Shown here: positions 21,374 to 31,290 of the stretch, one piece after another
Position numbering within the stretch: the stretch's first letter is position 1
How the letters are laid out: every line of letters starts with the position of its first letter
Assembly (NCBI GenBank): GCA_963745075.1
Contig: CAVUWV010000013.1
Span: 32,001 to 96,000, forward strand
Direction of reading: 5' to 3'
Source: Candidatus Hydrogenedentota bacterium
GTDB taxonomy: Bacteria; Hydrogenedentota; Hydrogenedentia; Hydrogenedentales; SLHB01
DNA length: 64,000 nt
Notes under the pieces: generated by a model
Databases searched by the model: none
What the model saw: the letters and a program-made list of their open reading frames with translations, nothing else
Told to the model about the DNA's origin: nothing
Program-made: the position numbers and the translations under genes

Positions 21374-22087
21374 ATGGGAAAGTTGAGTAAACGTACCTCC
21401 GCGCTGCAGGACAAAATCGGCGATAAACAATTCTACTCCCTGCCCGAAGTTGCTGCCAGCGTCAAAGATTGCGCCACCGCCAAATTCGATGAAACTATTG
21501 ACCTCGCCTTCTATTTGGGCGTTGATCCGCGCCATGCCGAGCAAATGGTTCGTGGAACGGTTTCTCTCCCGCATGGTACCGGTAAGCCGGTGCGCGTCAT
21601 CGTTTTTTGCAAACAGGCCGAGCAGCAGAAAGCGGCGGAAGATGCCGGCGCGGAAGAAGTCGGCGCCGAAACCCTCGTTGCCAAAGTGAAAGAGGGATGG
21701 ACCGATTTCGACGTTGCGGTTGCCGCGCCCGACATGATGGGTGAAGTGGGTAAACTGGGTAAGATTCTCGGACCCCGGGGCCTGATGCCCAGCCCGAAGG
21801 CCGGAACCGTGACGCCGAAGGTCGGTGAAGCTGTTGCGGAGATCAAGAAGGGCAAGATCGACTTCCGCGTCGACAAGAACGCGAACATGCATGTGCCGGT
21901 CGGCAAGGCATCGTTCACCGCGCAGCAGATCGAAGAGAACGCCGCGGCCGTGATTCAGTCGGTTCTGAAGGCCCGCCCCGCGGCCTGCAAAGGAACGTAC
22001 CTGAAAGCCTGCACGATGAGCAGCACGATGGGTCCGGGGTTCAAGATGGATCCGGCGGCGCTGACGTCGACCTACAAATCGAACTAG
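21374..22087 (+). CDS. rplA: 50S ribosomal protein L1
   Basis: [30 protein letters not shown]. Confidence 0.98.
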   Translation: MGKLSKRTSALQDKIGDKQFYSLPEVAASVKDCATAKFDETIDLAFYLGVDPRHAEQMVRGTVSLPHGTGKPVRVIVFCKQAEQQKAAEDAGAEEVGAETLVAKVKEGWTDFDVAVAAPDMMGEVGKLGKILGPRGLMPSPKAGTVTPKVGEAVAEIKKGKIDFRVDKNANMHVPVGKASFTAQQIEENAAAVIQSVLKARPAACKGTYLKACTMSSTMGPGFKMDPAALTSTYKSN

Positions 22088-22195
22088 ACTACCCCTCTCC
22101 AATTTCGACATCGCGATGGACGCGGTGGGAGAACTGAACCACGGTGCACGTGGGGTGCACCTCACCGTCCTCGGGGCAGGAGCGCGAAACGAATT

Positions 22196-23353
22196 ATGAG
22201 CAAGTATCTCTTTACATCGGAATCCGTGACTGAAGGCCATCCCGACAAGGTTGCTGACGCGGTATCCGATGCGATTCTGGACGCCATGATCGAACAGGAT
22301 CCCGATAGCCGGGTCGCGTGCGAAACCCTGGTAAACACCGGGCTCTGCGTGGTGGCCGGCGAGATTACGTCCAAGGCGGTCGTTGATGTTCCGGCGGTCG
22401 TGCGAAAGGCGATTACGGACATCGGCTACGTTGGCGGCGATTCCGGTTTCGATGGAAATACATGTGCGGTATTGGTAAACCTCGATAAACAGTCGCCCGA
22501 TATTTCCATGGGCGTCACGGCAACCACCGACCGCGAACAGGGCGCCGGGGACCAGGGGATGATGTTCGGTTACGCCACGAACGAAACCCCCGAACTGATG
22601 CCCATGCCGATTCTGCTGGCTCACAAGCTGGGGAGCCGGCTTTCGGAACTGCGCAAGAACGGGACCTTGCCCTGGCTCCAGCCGGACGGCAAGTCGCAGG
22701 TCACGATCGAGTATGTGGACGGAAAGCCGGTTCGCATCGATACGGTGGTGATCTCGAATCAGCATTCCGATAGCGTTACGCAGGACGAAATTCGTAAGCG
22801 CATTATCGAACAGGTGATTGAACCCATCTTGCCGAAGAACCTTGTCAACGGCGAGATCAAGTATCACATCAATCCGACGGGACGTTTCGTGGTGGGCGGT
22901 CCGGTTGGCGACAGCGGCGTCACCGGCCGCAAAATCATCGTCGACACCTACGGCGGCATGGGGCACCACGGCGGCGGCGCCTTCAGCGGCAAAGACCCGT
23001 CCAAAGTCGACCGTTCTGCCGCGTACATGGCGCGGTATATCGCGAAGAACGTGGTTGCAGCGGGAATTGCCGACCGGTGCGAAGTCCAGTTGGCTTATGC
23101 CATCGGCGTTGCGAAACCGGTTTCGATCAACGTGACCACCTTCGGAACAAACAAGATTCCGGAAGAGAAAATTGAAGCGATCCTGATGGAACACTTCGAT
23201 TGCCGTCCGGCCAGCATCGTCAAGACTCTCGATCTGAAGAAACCCATATTCCGGAAAACGGTCGCCTACGGGCACTTTGGGCGCGAAGATCAGGGATTCC
23301 GTTGGGAAGAAACCGATCAGGCAGATGCCCTGCGGAAGAAGGCGGAGCTTTAG
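22196..23353 (+). CDS. metK: S-adenosylmethionine synthetase
   Basis: [28 protein letters not shown] signatures. Confidence 0.98.
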   Translation: MSKYLFTSESVTEGHPDKVADAVSDAILDAMIEQDPDSRVACETLVNTGLCVVAGEITSKAVVDVPAVVRKAITDIGYVGGDSGFDGNTCAVLVNLDKQSPDISMGVTATTDREQGAGDQGMMFGYATNETPELMPMPILLAHKLGSRLSELRKNGTLPWLQPDGKSQVTIEYVDGKPVRIDTVVISNQHSDSVTQDEIRKRIIEQVIEPILPKNLVNGEIKYHINPTGRFVVGGPVGDSGVTGRKIIVDTYGGMGHHGGGAFSGKDPSKVDRSAAYMARYIAKNVVAAGIADRCEVQLAYAIGVAKPVSINVTTFGTNKIPEEKIEAILMEHFDCRPASIVKTLDLKKPIFRKTVAYGHFGREDQGFRWEETDQADALRKKAEL

Positions 23354-23483
23354 TTCCTCGAGTAGTATCGTCCCCGGTGCGGGGTTGCGCGCGGGACGTG
23401 AAGTAATCGACTTATCGGAGATCCAGTGATTTGCGGGAGAGGTGTACCCGAGCATGGGGTGCACCCGAAAGGAGAGAGAACCC

Positions 23484-23633
23484 ATGAGCAGTCTATTGAC
23501 GGCTCGCGACATGAACGACGACGACGGTTCCAAGGACCGCTCGTTTTGGACTGTCATCGGCAAAGGTAATAAGAAGCTGGTATTTCGTCCGGCGAAATCG
23601 CTCGCCTTGCCGTTAGTTGGCAGTCACAACTGA
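23484..23633 (+). CDS. small hypothetical protein (49 aa)
   Basis: AAAGGAG SD upstream of ATG 23484; terminator directly after the stop. Confidence 0.4.
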   Translation: MSSLLTARDMNDDDGSKDRSFWTVIGKGNKKLVFRPAKSLALPLVGSHN

Positions 23634-23653
23634 CACCGTTCCTGTGCGGAATC

Positions 23654-23696
23654 AAAGACCCCGGGTCGCTCAAGCGCCTCGGGGTCTTTTCATTTT
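23654..23696 (+). terminator. intrinsic terminator
   Basis: AAAGACCCCG...CGGGGTCTTT followed by TCATTTT. Confidence 0.75.
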
Positions 23697-23782
23697 GGGC
23701 GCCGATTGATCGATGATGATCCGGGTGCGACAATCGAACGGTATGAAATCGATCGCGAACACGGAAGAGGATTGACCCTGCC

Positions 23783-23935
23783 ATGAAAGTCCACGATTTT
23801 GCGTATCAAATCGCGATGCACACCATTCGACTCCTGGAGGAAACGCAACACTACAAGATTCCCGATGCGACCCGGAAGCAGATCGGAGAACGAATCCTGC
23901 AAGATGTGGATGCGATTCTGAAGCAATCCCAGTAA
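23783..23935 (+). CDS. small helical hypothetical protein (50 aa, MKVHDFAYQIAMHTIRLLEETQHYKIPDATRKQIGERILQDVDAILKQSQ)
   Basis: Hand-translated; GAAGAGGA SD; natural-looking amphipathic composition; followed by a GAGGCGCGGGC/GCCCGCGCCTC hairpin. Confidence 0.6.
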   Translation: MKVHDFAYQIAMHTIRLLEETQHYKIPDATRKQIGERILQDVDAILKQSQ

Positions 23936-24041
23936 TGGGGTTGATTGGAAAGATGCGGAGGCGCGGGCCGAGGCGTTCAGCCCGCGCCTCCTTCTCACTC
24001 CGTCGTCCCAAGGTTGGTGACGGCTGCTGGGGAGCCTCCTT

Positions 24042-24737
24042 CTATTCGGTCGGAGCGGGAGGAGGCGGAGGTACGTCTACTTGGGCCCGGGATCCCTGCG
24101 GCCCGCGATCGCCATCGAACTGACGAGGACCATGCGGTCCGCGGCCGTCGTCATACCCGCGAGGACTACGGGGTCCGCGCGGACCGCCCATTCCTTCGGG
24201 GCCGTCCGGCCGGGGCGGACGATGCTGGGCGTGGAACTGATCCCATTCCGGACGGGTAATCGATCCGTCGCCATCGGCGTCGATGTCTTCAAAGGGCGGC
24301 GGTCCCATGGGGCGGCCCGGACCCATGCCCTCGCGACGACCTTGCGGCCCTTGCCGTCCGGGCTGCCACTGGCCATCCTGGGCTCGTTTTCCATGGGGAC
24401 CCGTCATGTCGCACTCGCCGGGCCGATGACCGTCACGCGCGCCGTATGGTCCACGCGGTCCCTGTGGGCCTTGGAATTGACCGCGCGGGGGTGGGGGACC
24501 TTGGCGATCATCATAGCCGCGAGGCCCTTGCGGTCCGCGAAACTGATCCCGAGGCGGCGGCGTAGCTTGAAACTGGTCCGCATCCGGCGGCGGTGGCGGA
24601 GGCCCGGGATCGACCGCCTGCGAATCGTTGGGTGGCGGCTGCGGCGGTTGTGCCTGCGCCGCGACGGTCAGCAGGCACACCAAGGCCAATGCCGTTATCC
24701 CGGTGAGCAGGTGGTTCAGCATTCGTGTCGTTGTCAT
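24042..24737 (-). CDS. exported Pro/Gly-rich protein with one EF-hand
   Basis: GGAGGG SD before MTTTRML; signal peptide ending AQA; DADGDGSITRPE EF-hand loop; GPQGPRG repeats. Confidence 0.75.
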   Translation of the reverse strand: MTTTRMLNHLLTGITALALVCLLTVAAQAQPPQPPPNDSQAVDPGPPPPPPDADQFQATPPPRDQFRGPQGPRGYDDRQGPPPPRGQFQGPQGPRGPYGARDGHRPGECDMTGPHGKRAQDGQWQPGRQGPQGRREGMGPGRPMGPPPFEDIDADGDGSITRPEWDQFHAQHRPPRPDGPEGMGGPRGPRSPRGYDDGRGPHGPRQFDGDRGPQGSRAQVDVPPPPPAPTE

Positions 24738-24894
24738 AAAACTACCCTCCTGAATCCCGTTAGGGTTCGTTGACCTTTTCTCAACTCCGACCTGATTGTG
24801 CCCGGCGACATTAACGGGACCCCGGAGGATTTCATGACAAAACCTTAATCTTCCGTATTCGGAACAACGTCCACATCGAGGGTATACTTTGCCA

Positions 24895-25569
24895 ATGAAA
24901 GTGTTGGTCGTGGAAGACGAGAAGCAGATTGCGGGCTTCGTTAAAAAGGGGCTCGAGGAGCAGGGTTTCACTGTGGACGTCTGCGACAATGGGAACGACG
25001 GGTATACTTTCGCGACAACCCAATCCTACGACGCCATCGTGCTGGACATTATGCTGCCCGGCCGTGACGGGCTCAGCATCCTGAAGAATCTTCGCAAACG
25101 GAAAAACGCGGTCCCGGTCATCCTGCTCACTGCGCGGAGCGAACTGGATGAACGTCTCGAAGGGCTTAATCTGGGCGCGGATGACTACCTCACCAAGCCT
25201 TTCTTTGTGGAGGAACTGATCGCGCGCATCCGCGCGGTGGTCCGGCGCGCCTCCGGCGAACAGCTCAGCATTCTGCAGATCGAGGATCTCACGATCAACG
25301 TAATCACGCGTGAGGTTAAGCGCGGAGATCGTGGCATTTCCCTGACGGCACGCGAATTCAGCCTGTTGGAGTATTTGACGCGGTCACCCGGCCGGGTGTA
25401 CACCCGCACGCAGATTCTCGAACACGTCTGGGGGTACGACTTCGATCCGAATACCAATCTAATCGACGTGCACATCCAACGCCTGCGGAAAAAGCTCGAC
25501 GCCGGAAGCGCATCGCCCCTCATTGAAACCGTGCGTGGTGTCGGGTACCGCATCAAACGGACGGAATAA
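24895..25569 (+). CDS. OmpR-family response regulator (CusR/CopR-like)
   Basis: VEDE, LDIMLPG, DDYLTKPF, winged helix ETVRGVGY. Confidence 0.95.
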   Translation: MKVLVVEDEKQIAGFVKKGLEEQGFTVDVCDNGNDGYTFATTQSYDAIVLDIMLPGRDGLSILKNLRKRKNAVPVILLTARSELDERLEGLNLGADDYLTKPFFVEELIARIRAVVRRASGEQLSILQIEDLTINVITREVKRGDRGISLTAREFSLLEYLTRSPGRVYTRTQILEHVWGYDFDPNTNLIDVHIQRLRKKLDAGSASPLIETVRGVGYRIKRTE

Positions 25570-25573
25570 CGTC

Positions 25574-27229
25574 ATGATTCGGATTCGGTCTTTCCGGTTG
25601 CGTATCACGCTTCTGTCGGTTCTGCTTTCCGGCGTCGTGCTGATCGCTTTTGGGGCGTGGAGCTGGTCCCTGATCCGACGAATCAGCCTGGACCGGATCG
25701 ACGACGAAATCCGCGGTATCGGACACCTCCACCTTTCCGAACATCGGCCTCCGGAACACTGGAACACCGTCGGGGAGTCTCTCGCATCCATTCGGTTCGG
25801 AGACCAACAAAAGGGCGAGCCGTTTATCCTGCTCGTGAAGAATCGGCGTAACGAAACGCTTCATGTGTCCCCGGGATGGCCCGCGGACCTTCCTGCGTCT
25901 GAGTTTCCTGCACCGACAGGCGATCTGCCGCCGCCGCTGGAAGGTCCACCCGACGGGCCACCGCGCGCCGGAGCACCCCTAGAGCCCCGGCGGGGTCCTC
26001 CACCCGGCAATCGCGGGCCGGGTTTTCGACCTAACCCGATGGACGGCGAGGGACAACCCATACGCCCGCCTGGGGGTTTTCAAGGCCCTCCAGGGCCGGA
26101 AGGTCCGCCCAATGGGAGGCGACCCGAAGACCAAGGCCCGCGTCGCGGACCCGGATTTCGCGGCGGTCCGCCGCCACCGATTCCGTTGCCGGTTAATCCT
26201 CCGGTAATCGTAACGCGTATTGCGGACGGCAAGGAGTGGCGCATCGGGATCATGGGCAACCCCGAAGTGACCATGGTACTCGGGATCAATCTTGACCGGT
26301 ACAACGCGGAGATGGGCCGTGTCAGAACCGCCTTCCTCCTGGCGTTGCCGGCCGCGCTTTTACTCATTGCCGCCGGCGGCTGGTTTCTGGCGCAACGGGC
26401 GCTGCGGCCGGTGGCGCGTCTCACGCGAACCGCGGAGGGAATCACCGCGCGCGGATTGGATCAACGCATCCCACCGTCGGACGACGACGTCGAGTTCGTC
26501 CGACTGATCGGCGTGTTCAACGAAATGCTGGATCGATTGGAGAAAAGCTTTCAACAAGCGGTGCGATTCAGCGCGGATGCTGCGCACGAACTCAAAACGC
26601 CCCTGACGATTTTGCAGGGGGAATTGGAACAGGCGCTTCAGACCTGCCCACCCGGTTCACCGCAACAGCAATCCTACAATAAGCTTTTGGAAGAAGTGCA
26701 GCGGCTGAAGAGCATTATGCGTAAGCTCTTACTGCTATCGCTGGCGGATTCGGGACAACTCAAGTTGACGTTTGAACCGCTCGACCTGAGTTCGATCCTC
26801 GAATCCGTCTACGAAGACACCCAGATTCTCGCTCCCCAGCTCTCCGTACAGCGCGATATTGCCTCCGGCGTGTGGGTCAATGCCGACCGGGATTTGCTGC
26901 GTCAGGTGGTGCAGAACTTGACCGGAAACGCCATCAAATACAACCGGAAGGGCGGCACGATCCACTTCCGCCTGCGTTCAGACGGACAGGCCGTGCGCCT
27001 GTCTATCGCCAATACGGGCAAAGGAATCCCCGCGACGGAACGCGAGCGTATTTTCGATCGGTTCTATCGCGCCGACCCCTCGCGCAATCGCAAGGTGGAA
27101 GGGGTTGGCCTCGGTCTGAGTCTGGCAAGGGAAATCGCGCGAGCCCACCACGGCGATCTGCAACTGGACGACACGCGGGACGGCATCGTTGCATTCACGC
27201 TAACCCTGCCGGTATTCAACCAAACGTAG
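25574..27229 (+). CDS. sensor histidine kinase (HAMP-HisKA-HATPase) with a Pro-rich periplasmic insert
   Basis: Two TM helices, DAAHELKTPL, NAIKYN, FDRFYR, GVGLGLS. Confidence 0.95.
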   Translation: MIRIRSFRLRITLLSVLLSGVVLIAFGAWSWSLIRRISLDRIDDEIRGIGHLHLSEHRPPEHWNTVGESLASIRFGDQQKGEPFILLVKNRRNETLHVSPGWPADLPASEFPAPTGDLPPPLEGPPDGPPRAGAPLEPRRGPPPGNRGPGFRPNPMDGEGQPIRPPGGFQGPPGPEGPPNGRRPEDQGPRRGPGFRGGPPPPIPLPVNPPVIVTRIADGKEWRIGIMGNPEVTMVLGINLDRYNAEMGRVRTAFLLALPAALLLIAAGGWFLAQRALRPVARLTRTAEGITARGLDQRIPPSDDDVEFVRLIGVFNEMLDRLEKSFQQAVRFSADAAHELKTPLTILQGELEQALQTCPPGSPQQQSYNKLLEEVQRLKSIMRKLLLLSLADSGQLKLTFEPLDLSSILESVYEDTQILAPQLSVQRDIASGVWVNADRDLLRQVVQNLTGNAIKYNRKGGTIHFRLRSDGQAVRLSIANTGKGIPATERERIFDRFYRADPSRNRKVEGVGLGLSLAREIARAHHGDLQLDDTRDGIVAFTLTLPVFNQT

Positions 27230-27665
27230 TCCGCATTCCTCCCAGCGCGGCGCAGCCGCAACCAAATCCGAAATCCGAAGCACGAAATTCGAAACAAGTC
27301 CCAATGTTCCAAATGAGGAATGACCAAAACGGTTCTGCCGAGCCGAGACCCGCAAAACAACTTTGCATGGACAGGTATTCACATGCATGCGTATTCCGGC
27401 GATTCCGTCACATGCAGCCCCGGATGGGGCGACCCGAGCCTAGTCACGCCGCAGGCGTGATGGAGCGAGGTACGAGCGGAACCCTGGGTCAGACGAGCAC
27501 CCTCTCCACACAGCCCCCGAATGGGGGCGTAGGAACTCGATTGCGTACCGGGAACTATCATCTGACCATCGAACATGGCTACCAAGCATTTGCGAAGGAT
27601 CTTCACAACGTTGACGGATAGGGACATCGTCCGCATTTCTTCCAGCGCGGCGCAGCCGCAACCAA
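27229..27665. repeat. pair of 37-bp direct repeats (27229-27265 and 27629-27665) enclosing REP-like palindromes
   Basis: GTCCGCATT(C/T)CT(C/T)CCAGCGCGGCGCAGCCGCAACCAA occurs twice, 400 bp apart; internal GCCCCGGATGGGGC and GCCCCCGAATGGGGGC hairpins. Confidence 0.75.
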
Positions 27666-27900
27666 GACTTTTCTCATCCTCATCCACCGATTGCAGGAAG
27701 ATAATTTGCCCGCAGAAGGTCGCGGACGGACGGAAGAGATTTTGGTCCATAGTTATCACAGCCATCCGGAATCCGCGATCGAAAATCCCATGCGCGTCAT
27801 CGTGAGACGGGGACTACGCCGCGGGCGTGGTTGTTGGTGGCGAGAACAGTCGGGCTGAGTTGTAACGTAATTATTCTCGAAATCGGGATCGATCCCGATT

Positions 27901-27929
27901 ACGAGCACGAGCACGAGTACGAGCACGAC
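27901..27929. repeat. ACGAGC/ACGAGT hexamer tandem repeat
   Basis: ACGAGC ACGAGC ACGAGT ACGAGC ACGAC; a related array lies at 36470-36493. Confidence 0.75.
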
Positions 27930-28400
27930 AAGGGCAAAGCGCCGCTATTGGTACAAAACGACTTAGGGGAGCCTGTTCTTAGGAAAAGTTTGCAAAGGCT
28001 AGCGCGTGAAAATGCAGAATAACTTCAACGTTTTTGACGAATAGTGTCACCGCCCGAAAGGCGTTGTCGTGTGGATCACGCCATGGCGTGATGAGAAATG
28101 CTTTCGAGAAAAGTACTCGTTTTCGCACTTCGTACTCGGATTGTCGAGTAGGAAACAATGCGGTTTAGCCATCTCCTAGTGCCCTTTGGGGATAGCCTTT
28201 TGGAATTTGCACCTATCTCCGCATATTTGCGGGAGAGCACATTACTAACTCGTTGTGCAGTCGCAGGTAGACGATTCGAGAACTTGAGGTTGATCTAGTC
28301 AACCTTGCCGTAGCTTTCGGCAGAGTCTCTAGGGCCGATTCAAAACTGAGGACCGCGGAGGCGTTGTCGACCCCTGCTGGAGGAAGGCACTAAAGAAACT

Positions 28401-28523
28401 ATTTAATTGACAGATTTAATTGACAGATTGGCCTTATTCGCGTAAAAAGGAAAGCGGGGGTATAATGCGAGAACGTCATTTGATAAATGGGCTATCTCCT
28501 CTCTTGAAGCGGGGGCATATAAT
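28401..28523 (+). promoter_or_regulatory. upstream region of the Ubl operon with duplicated promoter-like motifs
   Basis: ATTTAATTGACAG x2 in perfect tandem (28401-28426); AAGCGGGGG(CA)TATAAT x2 (28452-28466 and 28507-28523). Confidence 0.45.
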
Positions 28524-28592
28524 AAATCCATTCAAACCATATTTATGTCTAAGCCGTTATGTAAATATATATATATAGGAGCTAAACCCGCA

Positions 28593-28883
28593 ATGCCCGA
28601 AGAAAACATGAACGTCGAGGTTTGGGACGCAACTGGAAATAAGAAGATTACGGCAAGTCTTCCTGCCCACGAGCCTGTCAACAGGATTATGGTCGTTCTT
28701 GTGGACAAAATGAATCTGCCTCGTCACAGTCCCGATGGCCAGTTACTGAGTTACAAGTTCAACCATAAGGCTAGTGGTCGCCAACTCCTCGATGACGAGA
28801 CCCTGTCGCATGCCGGTGTACAGCCTAATGACATTCTGCGAATCCAACCCGAAATTACTGCTGGGGGATTCTGTAAGCAATGA
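28593..28883 (+). CDS. ubiquitin-like protein (YukD/EsaB-like beta-grasp) ending ITAGG-FCKQ
   Basis: AGGAG SD before ATG 28593; ubiquitin-like LLDDETLSHAGVQPNDILRI motif; di-Gly near the C-terminus; stop overlaps the E1 start (ATGA). Confidence 0.85.
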   Translation: MPEENMNVEVWDATGNKKITASLPAHEPVNRIMVVLVDKMNLPRHSPDGQLLSYKFNHKASGRQLLDDETLSHAGVQPNDILRIQPEITAGGFCKQ

Positions 28884-30064
28884 AGCATCTAGACTTCGGG
28901 TCTGATGAGACCGGGACGGGAAGATTTAGTCGTTTCGAACTGATCAATTGGTGGGACCAGCAACACTTGGAGCAAGCTCACGTGCTTGTTGTGGGAGCCG
29001 GGGCTCTCGGTAACGAGATCATCAAGAACTTATGCTTGTTAGGAGTCGGGAATATTTTTGTGGCGGACTTCGACATAGTCGAGAATTCCAATTTGTCCCG
29101 GTCCGTGCTCTTTCGGGAGGCCGACAATGGGAAACCCAAAGCCGTCGTGGCCTGCGAGCGGGCAAAAGGTATTTACCCAAAGGTCAGAGTCCAACCATTC
29201 TCTGGCGACGTTGTGTATGACTTGGGGCTTGGCGTCTATCTTTGGGCCAACGTCATTCTGGGCGGGCTCGATAATCGGGAGGCCCGAGTATCGATGAATG
29301 GTGGTGCAGCTTTCGCCAGGAAACATTGGATTGACGGCGCAATTGAAGTATTGGACGGTGTCATGCGCGTGTTCTATCCCCAAGAAGGAGCGTGCTATGA
29401 GTGTACGATGAACGAAATCGACTGGAAAATTGTCGAGAGTAGACGTTCATGTGCTCTGCTCACTAGAGATCAAATGATGTTGGGGCACGTACCTACAACT
29501 CCGACAACGTCGAGTATCATCGCGGCTCTTCAAGTTCAGGAGGCGGTTAAGTTACTCCATGGTATTCCCGTCATGGCTGGCGAGGGTATCCGTTACACTG
29601 GAATGCAAAACGAGTTCACGCAAGTGCGGTATCCGCGCAAGCCGGAGTGCTATGGGCATGATACGTACCAGGCACTTCGCATGACGGGCCGAAGCACAAC
29701 AGATACAACCGTTCAGGATATCATTAATCTTGCAAGGTGTGAGCTCGGTGGGGACGCGGTAGTTGGATTGAGTAGAGATATCGTGTGTGCACTCGACTGT
29801 CCAATATGCCATAAACGACATAGTATCTTTACTTCGTTGGGTAAGGTTAGAGAAGAAGACGCACTGTGCGAAGAGTGCGGAGAGCTATGTGTCCCAGATA
29901 CATTGACAACCCTCGGGCTGAATGATGACTTAGATGACAAAACTCTAGCGCAGATTGGCGTGCCTCCTTTCGACGTATTAACAGCTCGCAATGACGAAAG
30001 GTCTGTTTCCTATCTATTCGACGGCGACGCGGCGCTAGTGCTGGGTGGATTGGAGGTGAACTGA
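28880..30064 (+). CDS. E1-like ubiquitin-activating enzyme (ThiF/MoeB fold plus C-terminal Zn ribbon)
   Basis: VVGAGALGNE, DFDIVENSNLSR, GKPKA, LDNREAR, CYEC...CYGH Zn site, RRSCALL putative catalytic Cys, CPIC/CEEC. Confidence 0.92.
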   Translation: MKHLDFGSDETGTGRFSRFELINWWDQQHLEQAHVLVVGAGALGNEIIKNLCLLGVGNIFVADFDIVENSNLSRSVLFREADNGKPKAVVACERAKGIYPKVRVQPFSGDVVYDLGLGVYLWANVILGGLDNREARVSMNGGAAFARKHWIDGAIEVLDGVMRVFYPQEGACYECTMNEIDWKIVESRRSCALLTRDQMMLGHVPTTPTTSSIIAALQVQEAVKLLHGIPVMAGEGIRYTGMQNEFTQVRYPRKPECYGHDTYQALRMTGRSTTDTTVQDIINLARCELGGDAVVGLSRDIVCALDCPICHKRHSIFTSLGKVREEDALCEECGELCVPDTLTTLGLNDDLDDKTLAQIGVPPFDVLTARNDERSVSYLFDGDAALVLGGLEVN

Positions 30065-31256
30065 TGTCGAAATCTGATTCTGGAGACAAACCTTCAAGCA
30101 AGCTTGACTATATGGATACGGATACCACGAGATTGCAAGAGCAACCTTTTCCTGTGTCGATTCGTACCACGTTCCGAGTCTATTTCGAGGAGAACGCGTA
30201 TAGGGCCATGATGGAGCACGCGACAACGACCACGGAAGTCGAACTCGGAGGAGTGCTTGTCGGTCGCGTACTTCGTGACGCGGTTGGCCCCTACCTGCGA
30301 ATCGTAGGGAGCATTCCAGCGGAGGGCGCACAAATCGGGATGTACCGAATCACATTCACGCACGAAGCGTGGAATCACATCAATCAAGTTCGAGATGAAA
30401 ATTTTCCAGAAGACACTCTCGTCGGTTGGTATCACACCCACCCGGGCTTCGGTATCTTTCTGTCAGAAATGGATAGTTTCATCCAGGAGAATTTCTTTAA
30501 TCAGCCATTCCAAATTGCGGTGGTTATTGACACAAAGTCTGAGGAGGAAGGCTGTTTTATCTGGGAGTACGGAAGACCAACCCCTGCAAGCTCCTATTGG
30601 GCGGGGTCCAGAGAAGTTACATTGGCTGGAGATGGCGCGGGCAGGCCTGCCGTACGCATACCACCGACTAAGTTTGAAAATGTCGCAAATGGGAGCGAGG
30701 GTAGGCGCAAGTCGAATCCTATAATCTCCATCTATATAGCTACGGTAGTACTAGTATTATTGGTGATAGCGGGCACGACATGGAGTCTCCACGCTAAACT
30801 ATTGAGCCAACAAGAAACCCTAGAATCGGTGCAAAGTCACCTGAGAGAGGAATCGAGACGGCAGCGGCAGATAACCGCGCTACCTTAGCAAAAGAAGTCT
30901 CTACTGTGAATCAGTCTCTGGAGAGTGTCGACACGACGATCGCCTCGAATTGGAACGCTACGAAAGACCGATTTCGACAACTAGAACAACACCTAAATGA
31001 AGTGAACAAAGACGTAGCAGCTAGCCGGAGCATGTTAGATGACAGGGTATCGGTGCTGAAGTCCAAAATGGACCAAGATAAGGCCGATATCCTACAACAG
31101 CAAAGTCGAATGATGGAGTCCATGGACTCTTGGTTAACCCGAGCCACCAGTTGGCAAACTGGCTGGCCGTCACCGGATTGGGAATGGCAACTGTGGCCGT
31201 TCTCGCCTCTCCTCGCTCCAATGCCTGACACGCCTCCGAGTACGGAAACCGAATGA
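30064..31256 (+). CDS. JAB/MPN (Mov34) isopeptidase plus TM helix and coiled coil, frameshifted near 30843
   Basis: EVELGGVLVG and WYHTHPGFGIFLSEMD JAMM motif; TM IISIYIATVVLVLLVIAG; the frame of the 30906 ORF is open back to 30843 (ERGIETAAADNRATLAKEV) and continues the helix. Confidence 0.85.
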
Positions 31257-31290
31257 GAGTTGACTGGGAATCAAATACGGGGGAAGCGCA

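Noticed and set aside
22088..22195. SAM riboswitch before metK
   Set aside because: No SAM-I, SAM-II or SAM/SAH consensus elements recognisable by eye; an Rfam scan would settle it.
23433..23480. Glycine-riboswitch-like GGAGAG...CCGAA.GGAG
   Set aside because: Lacks the downstream CTCAGG element and a second aptamer; better explained as a hairpin plus SD.
20972..23563. 863-aa minus-strand ORF
   Set aside because: Antisense shadow of rplK-rplA-metK, expected from GC-rich codon bias; no recognisable motifs.
27229..27930. CRISPR-like array
   Set aside because: Only two 37-bp copies, 400 bp apart, plus hexamer microsatellites; no regular spacers and no cas genes.
28593..30064. Ubl plus ThiF as a ThiS/MoaD sulfur-relay pair
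   Set aside because: No thiamine, molybdopterin or cysteine synthesis genes nearby; the adjacent E2 and RING genes point to protein conjugation.
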